DNA from: Salinivirgaceae bacterium
GTDB lineage: Bacteria; Bacteroidota; Bacteroidia; Bacteroidales; SZUA-534
Direction: 5' to 3'
Assembly (NCBI GenBank): GCA_017474765.1
Contig: JAFVGW010000034.1
Coordinates: 22,502-86,501, forward strand
DNA: 64,000 bases
Part shown: piece after piece, positions 19,407 through 29,201 of the stretch
Position numbering within the stretch: position 1 is the stretch's first letter
How the letters are laid out: each line of letters opens with the position of its first letter
Translations under genes and position numbers: made by a program
Notes under the pieces: model-generated
What the model saw: the letters and a program-made list of their open reading frames with translations, nothing else
Database searches by the model: none
What the model was told of the DNA's origin: nothing

Positions 19407-20315
19407 TCACACTTTATTGATTATGCCCTCACGGATAGCGCTCACTTTCTCAGTAATCTCAAGCAACACGTCATCGGGGATGGTTATTTTTGTGACTGAT
19501 TTAACTATTGTCATTTTCTTTTCAGCATCGATTTCTGGAACCACATAAGTGTATTGCGACTCAACTCCAGCGAAAACATCAGCCAATTCAACAAGTTCGT
19601 TCATCAGACTTTCAATCTCAGGCGCGTCGTGATAATATGGCGACAAAATCTTTATCAAATTATCAAGCGGCTGCCTGCTTTCGCCAATACGCTGAGCCAA
19701 AGCGTCACTTTTCGACTCAGCGGTCAATTGCGACAATATGTACATTGACTCTATCCACCCGCCAGCAAGCACCAATGAGCCCTCTCTCTGGCGCTGGGCC
19801 TCTTTCATATAGACATCCACATCGCGATAAGCGCCTGAAACAATGTTCATTAGCGAATCCTTGTTGTTAACATTGTTTTCAATCCGCTCCACAAGTTCTT
19901 TGTTGAATGCCGAGGTCAAATCCAAATCGTTCGACAGACCTTTAATAACCGAAAAGAGGCTGACAATCAATGGCGACTGTTCATAAATGCTCATGTATGC
20001 CAAATCTGCGCCATACACTCCCAAATTGACACATTTGTAGAAATTGCTCGTGTAATTCTGCCTGTTATCTATTGGGTTGAGCAAATTGCTATTGAACGCG
20101 ACACCTGAATTTCTGACCAACATGGTCAACTGATATGGCGAAGGAAGGCTGAACAGTGTATTGCTGAATTTAATTGTCTGGCTCAGAGAATCAATATTCT
20201 GCAACGACACCATGTCAATTTCTTTTGTCTGATTTTTTGAAGATTTGTTGCTGCACGATGTTGCCATTACCGATGCAACAGCCAACAAAACCAATGAATG
20301 TACAATTGTCTTCAT
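19407..20315 (-). CDS. Hypothetical lipoprotein (helical)
   Basis: Lipobox LLAVASVMATSC. It is the first gene of an apparent three-gene minus-strand operon. Confidence 0.6.
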   Translation of the reverse strand: MKTIVHSLVLLAVASVMATSCSNKSSKNQTKEIDMVSLQNIDSLSQTIKFSNTLFSLPSPYQLTMLVRNSGVAFNSNLLNPIDNRQNYTSNFYKCVNLGVYGADLAYMSIYEQSPLIVSLFSVIKGLSNDLDLTSAFNKELVERIENNVNNKDSLMNIVSGAYRDVDVYMKEAQRQREGSLVLAGGWIESMYILSQLTAESKSDALAQRIGESRQPLDNLIKILSPYYHDAPEIESLMNELVELADVFAGVESQYTYVVPEIDAEKKMTIVKSVTKITIPDDVLLEITEKVSAIREGIINKV

Positions 20316-20439
20316 ACCTTTTTATGTTACTTAATGCAAGTAACAAAAAAAATAGCAAATTGTAAGCGGTATGATAAGAGAAATTACTAAAAAAACTGAA
20401 ATTTGTTCATCAGCAAAAATCAGTCTGCGGAACGCCTCC

Positions 20440-21396
20440 CTATTCGGCCATGGTAAACGACTCAACCATTTCTTTATATTCAGAAGTTGTCAAGTCTTTA
20501 ACAAAATAATTCACAGGATTTTGGCGTCCTTTGGAAGTTATAACCTCATAGTGCAAATGCGGGCCTGTTGACAAACCCGTGTTTCCAACTCTGCCTATTT
20601 CGGTTCCTCGCGACACAGTGTCGCCTACATGAACCGAGAACTTGCTTAAATGCGCGTAACGTGTTTTATAGCCGAAGCCATGGTCAACAATCACTTGCTT
20701 GCCGTATCCACCAGCATCGCTCGACGTTGAAACCACCACTCCGTTACCGCTTGAATACACCCGACTGCCTTCAACGGCGGCCATGTCCAATCCATCGTGA
20801 TGCACCTGACGGTGTGTAATCGGATGCTCGCGCCAGCCAAACGGCGACGAAACCCTATAAGAGGTTGGTGCAACAGGTAAAATTGCGGGTATGCTGAGCA
20901 GACTGTCATCGCAACGTTTTGCCGAACGAACAACAGCCTCATACGACTGCATCTGCAAATTGAGTTTCTTCGACAGAATATCCACCTTTCGATTGTAGTC
21001 AACCAGCAAATCGGTGTTGAAATATCCCTCGAGCATCTCATAACGATTCACGCCACCGAAACTGGCCATTCGCTTGTCTGATGAAAGCGGCGTCATTTTT
21101 GCCAGAACACGGTAGCAACTGTCGTCGTGGAATTGTATTTCTGAAAGGAAGTCTTCTATTTGGGTGAATTTGTTGTCGAGATGCTTAATGTCGGCGATGT
21201 ATTTGTCGCCAATTTTTTTGAGTTGAAGAGCCTCAGCCGATGGAATCATATTAATATATGAGAGCGCCCAACAAAAAACTCCAACCGCCAAGGCAGCAAA
21301 TAGGAATTTTCTGCATCGCTTGCAATGGTAAGCAAGCGTTCGCCTTTCAACAACATACTCTAAGCGTTCGCTATCGTATATGTATTTATCACTCAT
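20440..21396 (-). CDS. M23 family metallopeptidase (membrane-anchored)
   Basis: HDGLDMAA...GYGKQVIVDHGFGYKTRYAHLS...GRVGNTGLSTGPHLHYEV (HxxxD and HxH motifs), with an N-terminal TM helix. Start taken at MSDKYIYD. Confidence 0.85.
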   Translation of the reverse strand: MSDKYIYDSERLEYVVERRTLAYHCKRCRKFLFAALAVGVFCWALSYINMIPSAEALQLKKIGDKYIADIKHLDNKFTQIEDFLSEIQFHDDSCYRVLAKMTPLSSDKRMASFGGVNRYEMLEGYFNTDLLVDYNRKVDILSKKLNLQMQSYEAVVRSAKRCDDSLLSIPAILPVAPTSYRVSSPFGWREHPITHRQVHHDGLDMAAVEGSRVYSSGNGVVVSTSSDAGGYGKQVIVDHGFGYKTRYAHLSKFSVHVGDTVSRGTEIGRVGNTGLSTGPHLHYEVITSKGRQNPVNYFVKDLTTSEYKEMVESFTMAE

Positions 21397-21785
21397 ATTC
21401 CTTAAAATGGTGCGTAAAACTATACATTTTTTGTATAAAACATAACTCTTGGCGTTTTTTTTATCAAGAAAAATCACTTTTTCGCCATTAAAGATTGGGA
21501 ACAAAAGTAAAATTTATAGTGAAAATGAAACCAAACCATACAAACCAACCACCTGTTTATCTGCAAGATAGACTTTACACTATCTAAGACACACATCAAT
21601 TTGGATTCAAACCTCAAAAAAATTGAAAAAACATGAAAAAAAAATTGTGTTTTGTGCCGCCAGAAAGGCTCCCAACCGCGATATTTCAAGAGAACGAACC
21701 GTGATTATTGGGAATTATGTTACGCTAAAATATGACGATAATTGAAGGATTATGTATTTTTACAGCGGATTCTATACCATAATAT

Positions 21786-21950
21786 ATGATTGAATTCATA
21801 CGAACACTTTGCAAAGGAATCGCACAAGGTTTCAGTCAGTTCGTAAACAACGACTTGAAAAGTTATGTGCCTCTGTTTATCGTAGCAGCGGTGCTAATCA
21901 TAGTGGTACTGATAAAAAATTGGATTATTAAAATAAAGAATAGAAAATGA
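21786..21950 (+). CDS. Possible small single-TM protein (54 aa)
   Basis: Hand-translated as MIEFIRTLCKGIAQGFSQFVNNDLKSYVPLFIVAAVLIIVVLIKNWIIKIKNRK. Its TGA overlaps the capA-like ATG (ATGA). It is too short for the ORF track. Confidence 0.35.
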   Translation: MIEFIRTLCKGIAQGFSQFVNNDLKSYVPLFIVAAVLIIVVLIKNWIIKIKNRK

Positions 21951-22999
21951 AAAAGTTATCTATATCATTGCTGACACTGGCAATGTCCGCCGTGCCCTTC
22001 ATAGGCAGCGCGCAAAGCGACACCATCACTATTGTTGCCGTGGGCGACGTGATGCTCGGCAGCATACTGCCCAACCGCTCATACCTGCCGCCTGAGGGCG
22101 AAGAAAAGAAACTGTTTGATGCCGTAAAGCCTTATTTTGACGGCGATGTGGTATTCTGCAACGTAGAAGGCACCTTCGCCGATGAGGAAATTGGTGCAAA
22201 ACGCTGCAAAAACCCATCTCAGTGCTACACTTTTGGTATGCCCACGTCATTCGTCCAAGTGTATAAGGACGCAGGGTTCAATCTCGTGAGCGTGGCCAAC
22301 AACCACAGCGGCGATTTCAGCGACTATGGAAAGAATAACGCCCGCCACCTTTTCGACAGCCTCGACATCAACTGGGCTGGTTTTATCGATAAGCCGACAG
22401 CAGTGTTCACCATCGACAGCGTCAAATACGGATTCTGCGCTTTCGCTCCAAACACTGGCACGGTGTCAATAAACGACATGGAAGGTGCAAAGGCAATCGT
22501 TAAAAAACTCGCCGATTCGTGCGACATTGTAATAGTATCAATCCACGGCGGTGCCGAAGGCCGTAGTTATCAGCACGTACCGAAGACGACGGAGTATTGT
22601 TTTGGAGAAAATCGCGGCGACGTGTATCAGTTTGCACACACAATGATTGATAATGGCGCCGACATTGTTCTCGGTCACGGTCCACACGTAACACGAGCCG
22701 TGGAGGTTTACAAAAACAGGTTCATTGCGTACTCAATGGGCAATTTTGCCACATACAGCAACGTGAGCATCACTGCAGAAAGCGGCCTCGCTCCTATTTT
22801 CCGCGTCAAAATGGACAGCAAGACTGGCGATTTCATATATGCCGAGACCATTGCAACCTATCAAACCAAGCCAAACAAAGGGCCGCAGATTGACCCGCAA
22901 AAACGCGTAATCAAGGTGATACAAAACCTCACAGCCGAAGACATGGCAGACAACCTTCCCAATATCACCGACGACGGGATCATCACTGTGGAACAATAA
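21947..22999 (+). CDS. CapA family protein (PGA_cap metallophosphatase-like)
   Basis: Signal peptide, then ITIVAVGDVMLGS, VANNHSGDF, VSIHGGAEG and LGHGPHV motifs. Confidence 0.8.
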   Translation: MKKLSISLLTLAMSAVPFIGSAQSDTITIVAVGDVMLGSILPNRSYLPPEGEEKKLFDAVKPYFDGDVVFCNVEGTFADEEIGAKRCKNPSQCYTFGMPTSFVQVYKDAGFNLVSVANNHSGDFSDYGKNNARHLFDSLDINWAGFIDKPTAVFTIDSVKYGFCAFAPNTGTVSINDMEGAKAIVKKLADSCDIVIVSIHGGAEGRSYQHVPKTTEYCFGENRGDVYQFAHTMIDNGADIVLGHGPHVTRAVEVYKNRFIAYSMGNFATYSNVSITAESGLAPIFRVKMDSKTGDFIYAETIATYQTKPNKGPQIDPQKRVIKVIQNLTAEDMADNLPNITDDGIITVEQ

Positions 23000-23039
23000 T
23001 TTTTACCATCTAACGGTGTGGTTTTAAACAATATCAAAG

Positions 23040-23062
23040 AGGGGCACGATTGTGCTCCTTTT
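23040..23062 (+). terminator. Intrinsic terminator-like hairpin after the capA-like gene
   Basis: AGGGGCAC GATT GTGCTCCT (one G-U pair) followed by a T-run. Confidence 0.55.
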
Positions 23063-23262
23063 CTATTTCTATGTGGCCATCAATATGACAATATGTCGTT
23101 AAAAAGTAATGATATTATGACAAAAAGTCAATACGGCAACAAACCAACAAGTGTCAATAAATCAATAATCTAACGCAACATACACACCAAAATTTGTATT
23201 GAACAAATGGATGGTTTGAGTTTTGTACGTTCATGGTCATAAATCAAAAAAAAATAATGGCT

Positions 23263-25845
23263 ATGAACACGAATAATTTTACAATCAAGATGCAGGAAGT
23301 CTTGGAAAAGGCTTTCAACATTGCACAAGCCGAAGGCAATCAGGCAGTGGAAACTGGCCACTTACTGAAAGGCTTGTTGACTGAAGAACAGAGCATAAGC
23401 CGTTATATTCTGCAGAAGCACAATGTATCGGAAAATTCTCTGCTTCAGATAGTTGACAATATTATAAAATCGTATGCGAAGGTATCGGGCGGCAGTTTGT
23501 ACCTGTCGTCGGATTTGAACGCGCTGCTGAACAACGCGCAACAAGCGGCAACCAAAAACGGCGACCAGTTTGTTTCGGTTGAGCACGTGTGGGTTGCGTT
23601 CTTCAGCATCAACGACCAGATTACCAAACTGTTGCAAGACCAGGGACTGAGCCGCAAATCGGTTGAGAATTGTATAAAGGAAATCACCAAAGGCGAGAAA
23701 GTTACGAGCCAATCGGCAGAAGAGAGTTATATGGCGCTGTCGAAATACGCTGTGAACCTGAACGAGCAGGCTGCAACGGGCAAACTCGACCCTGTGATTG
23801 GCCGTGATGACGAAATCCGCCGTATCTTGCAGATTTTGAGCCGAAGAACGAAGAACAACCCTATCCTGATTGGCGAACCGGGCACCGGCAAAACAGCCAT
23901 CGCCGAAGGCATTGCGCACCGAATTGTCAAGAACGACGTACCTGAAAACTTGAAAACCAAGAAGTTATACTCGCTTGATATGGGCGCGCTGGTTGCTGGT
24001 GCGAAATACAAAGGTGAGTTTGAAGAACGATTGAAAAGCGTTGTGAATGAAGTGATTAAATCGGACGGCGAGATAATTCTGTTCATCGACGAGATTCACA
24101 CGCTGGTGGGTGCCGGAAAGAGCGAAGGCGCAATGGACGCGGCCAACATTCTGAAACCTGCGCTGGCCCGTGGCGACCTGCGCGTGATTGGCGCCACAAC
24201 GCTCGACGAGTATCAGAAATATTTTGAGAAAGACAAGGCGCTCGAACGCCGTTTCCAGATTGTAATGGTTGACGAACCCGACATAAACAGTTCAATATCA
24301 ATACTTCGTGGTTTGAAAGAGCGGTATGAGATGCACCATAAGGTTCAGATTCTTGACGACGCGATAATTGCCGCCGTCGAACTATCGAACCGCTACATCA
24401 CCGACCGTTTCCTGCCCGACAAGGCCATCGACCTGATTGACGAAGCGGCGTCGAAACTGCGACTGGAAATGAATTCGGTGCCGGAAGACATCGACGAACT
24501 TCAGCGCGACATTATGCAGTTGGAAATTGAGCGCGAGGCCATCAAACGCGAGGGCAACACGGCTAAAATCAATTCAATCAGCGAAGAACTGAACGCGAAG
24601 AACGCCGAACTGACATCGAAAATGGCAAAATGGAAGTCGGAAAAGGCGATTCTGGACGACATCCAAGGCAAGAAAAAACAGATTGAGGACCTGAAATACC
24701 AAGCCACGCAGGCCGAACGCAGCGGCGACTACGGCAAGGTGGCTGAAATCCGCTACGGCCGAATCAAAGAGTGCGAGGCGGCCATCGAGAAGCAAAAAGC
24801 GCTGCTCGAAGGCTCTGACACAATGATTCGCGAGGTGGTGACACCTGAAGATATTGCCGAAGTGGTGTCGAAATGGACACACATTCCTGTGACGAAAATG
24901 CTTCAAACAGAGCGAGATAAACTCATCAACCTTGAAGACGAACTGCACAAGCGCGTCATTGGGCAGGACCACGCCATCGAGGCCATCGCAAACGCTGTGC
25001 GCCGTAGTCGCGCGGGATTGCAGGATGCCAACAAGCCAATCGGGTCGTTCATCTTTTTGGGCACCACGGGCGTGGGCAAGACCGAACTGGCAAAGGCTCT
25101 GGCTGGATTCCTGTTCAACGACGAGAACCAAATGACAAGAATCGATATGTCGGAATACCAGGAACGTCACTCTGTGTCGAGACTGATTGGCGCGCCTCCA
25201 GGATACGTGGGCTATGACGAAGGCGGACAACTGACTGAAGCCGTCAGGCGGAAACCCTACTCTGTGGTGCTGCTCGACGAGATTGAGAAGGCCCACCCCG
25301 ACGTGTTCAACATCCTGCTGCAGGTGCTCGACGACGGCCGACTGACCGACAACAAGGGCCGGACGGTGAACTTCAAGAACACCATTATAATAATGACATC
25401 GAATTTGGGTTCGGACATCATCCAGCGCGAATTCTCGACAATGAACGACAGCAACCGCCGCGAGGTTATGGACAAGGCGCAAAGCGAAGTTATGGGGCTG
25501 TTGCGGGCATCAATGAAGCCGGAATTTCTGAACCGAATTGACGAGATTATAATGTTCACACCGCTGTTCAAAGACGACGTGCGCAAGATTGTGAAACTGC
25601 AAATTGCCCGCCTGGCAGACCGTCTGGCCAAAAACGGCATCAGCATTGAGGCCAACGACAAGGCCATCGACCTGATTGCCAACGAAGGCTACGACGTGAC
25701 CCTGGGCGCCCGACCGATAAAACGGCTGATTGAGCGCGCCGTGCTTAACCCGCTCTCGACGGCGATAATCAAAGGCGAGGTGGACAACACGAAGAAAATT
25801 GTGATTGACGGAAGCAGTGGAACTATCAGACTGACAAACGGATAA
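23263..25845 (+). CDS. clpB: ATP-dependent chaperone ClpB
   Basis: Two AAA+ modules ([10 protein letters not shown] and [12 protein letters not shown] Walker A) with a long coiled-coil middle domain between them. The Clp N-domain starts [14 protein letters not shown]. An alternative ATG lies at 23257. Confidence 0.92.
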   Translation: MNTNNFTIKMQEVLEKAFNIAQAEGNQAVETGHLLKGLLTEEQSISRYILQKHNVSENSLLQIVDNIIKSYAKVSGGSLYLSSDLNALLNNAQQAATKNGDQFVSVEHVWVAFFSINDQITKLLQDQGLSRKSVENCIKEITKGEKVTSQSAEESYMALSKYAVNLNEQAATGKLDPVIGRDDEIRRILQILSRRTKNNPILIGEPGTGKTAIAEGIAHRIVKNDVPENLKTKKLYSLDMGALVAGAKYKGEFEERLKSVVNEVIKSDGEIILFIDEIHTLVGAGKSEGAMDAANILKPALARGDLRVIGATTLDEYQKYFEKDKALERRFQIVMVDEPDINSSISILRGLKERYEMHHKVQILDDAIIAAVELSNRYITDRFLPDKAIDLIDEAASKLRLEMNSVPEDIDELQRDIMQLEIEREAIKREGNTAKINSISEELNAKNAELTSKMAKWKSEKAILDDIQGKKKQIEDLKYQATQAERSGDYGKVAEIRYGRIKECEAAIEKQKALLEGSDTMIREVVTPEDIAEVVSKWTHIPVTKMLQTERDKLINLEDELHKRVIGQDHAIEAIANAVRRSRAGLQDANKPIGSFIFLGTTGVGKTELAKALAGFLFNDENQMTRIDMSEYQERHSVSRLIGAPPGYVGYDEGGQLTEAVRRKPYSVVLLDEIEKAHPDVFNILLQVLDDGRLTDNKGRTVNFKNTIIIMTSNLGSDIIQREFSTMNDSNRREVMDKAQSEVMGLLRASMKPEFLNRIDEIIMFTPLFKDDVRKIVKLQIARLADRLAKNGISIEANDKAIDLIANEGYDVTLGARPIKRLIERAVLNPLSTAIIKGEVDNTKKIVIDGSSGTIRLTNG

Positions 25846-25861
25846 AGACTCACAATTGGCG

Positions 25862-25895
25862 AATCCGCACTTGGGAAACCGGGTGCGGATTTTTG
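25862..25895 (+). terminator. Intrinsic terminator-like hairpin after clpB
   Basis: AATCCGCAC ... GTGCGGATT followed by TTTTG. Confidence 0.6.
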
Positions 25896-25988
25896 TGCTT
25901 TCGTAGAAACCAAATAACCATGGCAATACCATTTATTATATGGCACTCTTAAGACTTACTCCTTTTTTCGTTATTCGCATTTTTCAGT

Positions 25989-25996
25989 TACCTTTG
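25989..25996 (+). promoter_or_regulatory. Bacteroidota -7 promoter box (TACCTTTG)
   Basis: Matches TAnnTTTG about 39 nt upstream of the folE ATG. Confidence 0.4.
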
Positions 25997-26034
25997 CAGC
26001 TTGACATTCGGTTCATCCGATTTTATTGAAAGAT

Positions 26035-26658
26035 ATGAATATAGACGAAATTGACGACTTCAGTTACCGACGCAAAAATGAGTACAATGCCGAGCAGACA
26101 TCGGCACTGACCGACCTTTACCGTCAGGTTCTCATCAACATTGGCGAAAATCCCGAACGCGAAGGGCTGAAAAAATCGCCCGAACGCATTGCCAAAGCCG
26201 TGCAGTTCCTGACGCAAGGCTACTACCAGGACCCGAAAGCCATTCTCGAGAGCGCGATGTTCAAAGAGCAATATTCGCAGATGGTGATTGTCAAGGACAT
26301 AGAAGTGTTCTCGTTCTGCGAGCACCACATGCTGCCGTTCTTCGGGAAGGCGCACGTGGCCTACATTCCGAACGGCTACATCACCGGACTGAGCAAGATT
26401 GCGCGCGTTGTCGATGCCTACTCGCGCCGTCTGCAGGTTCAGGAACGGCTCACCAACCAAATCAAGGACTGCATTCAGCAGACGCTGCACCCGCTTGGCG
26501 TGGCGGTGGTGATTGAAGCGCAACATATGTGTATGATGATGCGCGGCGTTGAGAAACAGGAATCGTGCACCACTACGTCGGCTTTCACCGGATTGTTTAT
26601 GAAGAGCAACGCAACCCGCGCCGAATTCATAAATCTTTTAGGCAAGAAACTTCATTGA
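26035..26658 (+). CDS. folE: GTP cyclohydrolase I
   Basis: [21 protein letters not shown]...[10 protein letters not shown]...RLQVQERLT...[13 protein letters not shown]. The ATG at 26035 is preferred over the TTG at 26026. Confidence 0.92.
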   Translation: MNIDEIDDFSYRRKNEYNAEQTSALTDLYRQVLINIGENPEREGLKKSPERIAKAVQFLTQGYYQDPKAILESAMFKEQYSQMVIVKDIEVFSFCEHHMLPFFGKAHVAYIPNGYITGLSKIARVVDAYSRRLQVQERLTNQIKDCIQQTLHPLGVAVVIEAQHMCMMMRGVEKQESCTTTSAFTGLFMKSNATRAEFINLLGKKLH

Positions 26659-26747
26659 TGCGATGCCCTAATGGCACGCTTTTTGCCTATCGAAGCGGAA
26701 AATTTGAGTAAAGTTTAACAAGTAATGCTAAAAGCCTAACACTCTGG

Positions 26748-26790
26748 AAACTTAAAACTCAAAACTTCGATAACTTAAAACTTTAAACAT
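26748..26790. repeat. AACTT-word array (7-9-nt spacing) immediately upstream of fabD
   Basis: AACT(T/C) occurs at 26749, 26756, 26763, 26772 and 26779. The 14-mer ATAACTTAAAACTT at 26770-26783 recurs exactly at 27796-27809. Confidence 0.7.
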
Positions 26791-26792
26791 AA

Positions 26793-27677
26793 ATGAAAGC
26801 ATTTGTATTCCCCGGACAGGGGTCGCAATTTGTGGGTATGGGCAAGGACCTGTACGACAATTCGGCTTTGGCCAAAGAACTTTTCGACCGCGCAAACAAA
26901 ATTCTCGGCTTCGACATCACAAGCCTGATGTTCAGCGGCACCGACGACGATTTGAAACAGACAAGAGTAACGCAACCCGCCGTTTTCCTGCACTCGGTAA
27001 TAATGGCTAAAGTGCTGGGCGACAAGTTTAAACCCGATATGACCGCAGGCCACTCACTTGGCGAATTCTCTGCTTTGGTGGCTGCCGGCGCTCTGTCGTT
27101 CGACGATGGTCTGACATTGGTTTCGAAACGTGCGCAGGCAATGCAGAAGGCTTGCGAGCTGAATCCATCAACAATGGCGGCCATTATTGGTATGGAAGAT
27201 GCTGTTATTGAGCAAGTTTGCTCTGAAATCGACGGCATTGTTCCGGCCAACTACAACTGCCCCGGACAATTAGTTATTTCGGGCACCAACGAAGGCATCG
27301 ACAAGGCTATTGCCCGATTCACCGAGATGGGCGCCAAACGCGCGCTGAAGTTGTCGGTGAGCGGCGGTTTCCACTCGCCAATGATGGAACCGGCCCGCGC
27401 CGAACTTGAGAAAGCCATCAACGAAGTGTCGTTCTCGGCACCTGTTTGTCCTGTTTATCAAAACGTTACAGCAAGCCCAGTCACCGACCCTGCTGAAATA
27501 AAGAAAAACCTTGTGGCACAGCTCACGTCGCCTGTCCGCTGGACGCAGACAATGCAGAATATGATTGCCAACGGCCTGACAGAGATTGTTGAAGTTGGTC
27601 CTGGTGCTGTTCTTCAGGGACTTATGCGCAAAATCAACCGCGACATCGCGGCAAGCGCAGCACAAAACGAACTTTAA
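26793..27677 (+). CDS. fabD: Malonyl CoA-ACP transacylase
   Basis: FPGQGSQFVGMG, active-site GHSLGEFSA and SGGFHSPMMEPA. Confidence 0.92.
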   Translation: MKAFVFPGQGSQFVGMGKDLYDNSALAKELFDRANKILGFDITSLMFSGTDDDLKQTRVTQPAVFLHSVIMAKVLGDKFKPDMTAGHSLGEFSALVAAGALSFDDGLTLVSKRAQAMQKACELNPSTMAAIIGMEDAVIEQVCSEIDGIVPANYNCPGQLVISGTNEGIDKAIARFTEMGAKRALKLSVSGGFHSPMMEPARAELEKAINEVSFSAPVCPVYQNVTASPVTDPAEIKKNLVAQLTSPVRWTQTMQNMIANGLTEIVEVGPGAVLQGLMRKINRDIAASAAQNEL

Positions 27678-27727
27678 AATTTAGGATTTTGAAGTTAGGA
27701 ATTAGGATTATTAGTATTAATATTGAG
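27678..27727. repeat. C-free TTAGGA-word array starting at the first base after the fabD stop
   Basis: The sequence is aatttaggattttgaagttaggaattaggattattagtattaatattgag, with no C in 50 nt. The 15-mer AGTTAGGAATTAGGA at 27693-27707 recurs exactly at 53875-53889. Confidence 0.75.
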
Positions 27728-27737
27728 CCGATTTTAT

Positions 27738-27772
27738 AACATAGAGACGCAATGTGTTGCGTCTCTATGTTG
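27738..27772 (+). terminator. Perfect hairpin with TAGAGACGC stem (terminator-like)
   Basis: AACATAGAGACGCAA TGTG TTGCGTCTCTATGTT followed by TGTTTCT. It has the same stem core as the hairpin at 55346-55374. Confidence 0.6.
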
Positions 27773-27793
27773 TTTCTAAATTTGTAAACAAAC

Positions 27794-27838
27794 GTATAAC
27801 TTAAAACTTATAACTTCAGAACTTAAAACTTATATAAA
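27794..27838. repeat. AACTT-word array (7-8-nt spacing) immediately upstream of purB
   Basis: AACTT occurs at 27798, 27805, 27812, 27820 and 27827. The array shares an exact 14-mer with the one upstream of fabD. Confidence 0.7.
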
Positions 27839-27841
27839 GAT

Positions 27842-29191
27842 ATGGAACTCAACGAATTGACAGCAATAAGCCCCATTGACGGCCGCTATCGCTCAAAAAC
27901 CGAATCGCTCGACAACTATTTCTCGGAATTCGGACTCATCCACTACCGCGTTTTGGTTGAATGTGAGTATTTTATAGCACTTTGCAACATTCCGCTCAAG
28001 AATTTGGCGGGCGTTGACAAAAACTGCTTCGACAAAATCCGCAAAATCTACAACGACTTTTCGTTCGACGATGCGCTGCGTATCAAAGAGATAGAGAAGA
28101 CCACCAACCACGATGTGAAGGCGGTTGAGTATTTCCTGAAAGAGAAGTTCGACGTGTTGGGATTGGCTGATTACAAGGAGTTTATCCATTTCGGTCTGAC
28201 ATCGCAGGACATCAACAACACGGCTATCCCCTACTCGCTGCGCGACGCGATAAAAGATGTTTACTATCCGCTCATCGAACAGATTATCAATACATTGGCC
28301 GATATGGCCGAGCAGTGGAAGCACGTGGCAATGCTGGCTCACACTCACGGTCAGCCTGCTTCGCCGACGCGCCTTGGCAAAGAGCTGATGGTGTTTGTCG
28401 AGCGGCTCAACAAGCAATTGGAACTGCTCAAAAGCATTCCGTGCTCGGCAAAATTCGGCGGCGCCACAGGCGGCTTCAACGCCCATATGGTGGCCTATCC
28501 CGAGATTGACTGGGTTGAGTTCGCCAACAATTTCGTGGGCAACATTCTGCATCTGGAGCGCTTGCAAACAACCACGCAAATTGCTCATTACGACGACCTT
28601 GGCGCCATCTTCGACAACTTCAAACGCATCAACACCATACTCATCGACCTTTGCCGCGACATCTGGACATACATCTCGATGGAGTATTTCAAGCAGAAAA
28701 TCAAGGCGGGCGAAGTTGGCTCGTCGGCAATGCCGCACAAGGTGAACCCAATCGATTTTGAGAACGCCGAAGGCAATTTGGGCGTGGCAAACGCTGTGTT
28801 TGAGCACTTCTCGGCCAAACTGCCCATCTCGCGTATGCAGCGCGACCTGACCGACTCGACCGTTCTGCGCAACATCGGCGTGCCGCTCGGCCACACCGTC
28901 ATCGCACTCAAATCGCTACAGAAAGGCCTTGGAAAACTGATACTTAACGAAGACAAACTGAAGGCCGACCTTGAAGCCAACTGGAGCGTGGTTGCCGAAG
29001 CCCTGCAGACCATTCTGCGCCGCGAAGGCTACCCGAAACCTTACGAAACGCTCAAGGAACTGACGCGCACCAACTCGAAAGTTACCGAGCAATCGATTCA
29101 CGAATTCATTCAGACACTGAACGTTAGCGACTCGGTGAAAGAAGAAATGATGAAGATTACACCGCACAACTACACTGGTATTTATTTCTAA
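27842..29191 (+). CDS. purB: Adenylosuccinate lyase
   Basis: SPIDGRYR N-terminus, HFGLTSQDINNTA, and the fumarate-lyase signature GSSAMPHKVNP. Confidence 0.92.
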   Translation: MELNELTAISPIDGRYRSKTESLDNYFSEFGLIHYRVLVECEYFIALCNIPLKNLAGVDKNCFDKIRKIYNDFSFDDALRIKEIEKTTNHDVKAVEYFLKEKFDVLGLADYKEFIHFGLTSQDINNTAIPYSLRDAIKDVYYPLIEQIINTLADMAEQWKHVAMLAHTHGQPASPTRLGKELMVFVERLNKQLELLKSIPCSAKFGGATGGFNAHMVAYPEIDWVEFANNFVGNILHLERLQTTTQIAHYDDLGAIFDNFKRINTILIDLCRDIWTYISMEYFKQKIKAGEVGSSAMPHKVNPIDFENAEGNLGVANAVFEHFSAKLPISRMQRDLTDSTVLRNIGVPLGHTVIALKSLQKGLGKLILNEDKLKADLEANWSVVAEALQTILRREGYPKPYETLKELTRTNSKVTEQSIHEFIQTLNVSDSVKEEMMKITPHNYTGIYF

Positions 29192-29201
29192 AAAGCTGAT
29201 A

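Noticed and set aside
23362-25932. Several long minus-strand ORFs (185, 302, 141, 140 aa) opposite clpB
   Set aside because: All are antisense to an unambiguous ClpB reading frame and lack motifs, so they are shadow ORFs.
27893-28894. 333-aa minus-strand ORF opposite purB
   Set aside because: It is antisense to purB, which carries the fumarate-lyase signature. It has no motifs of its own.
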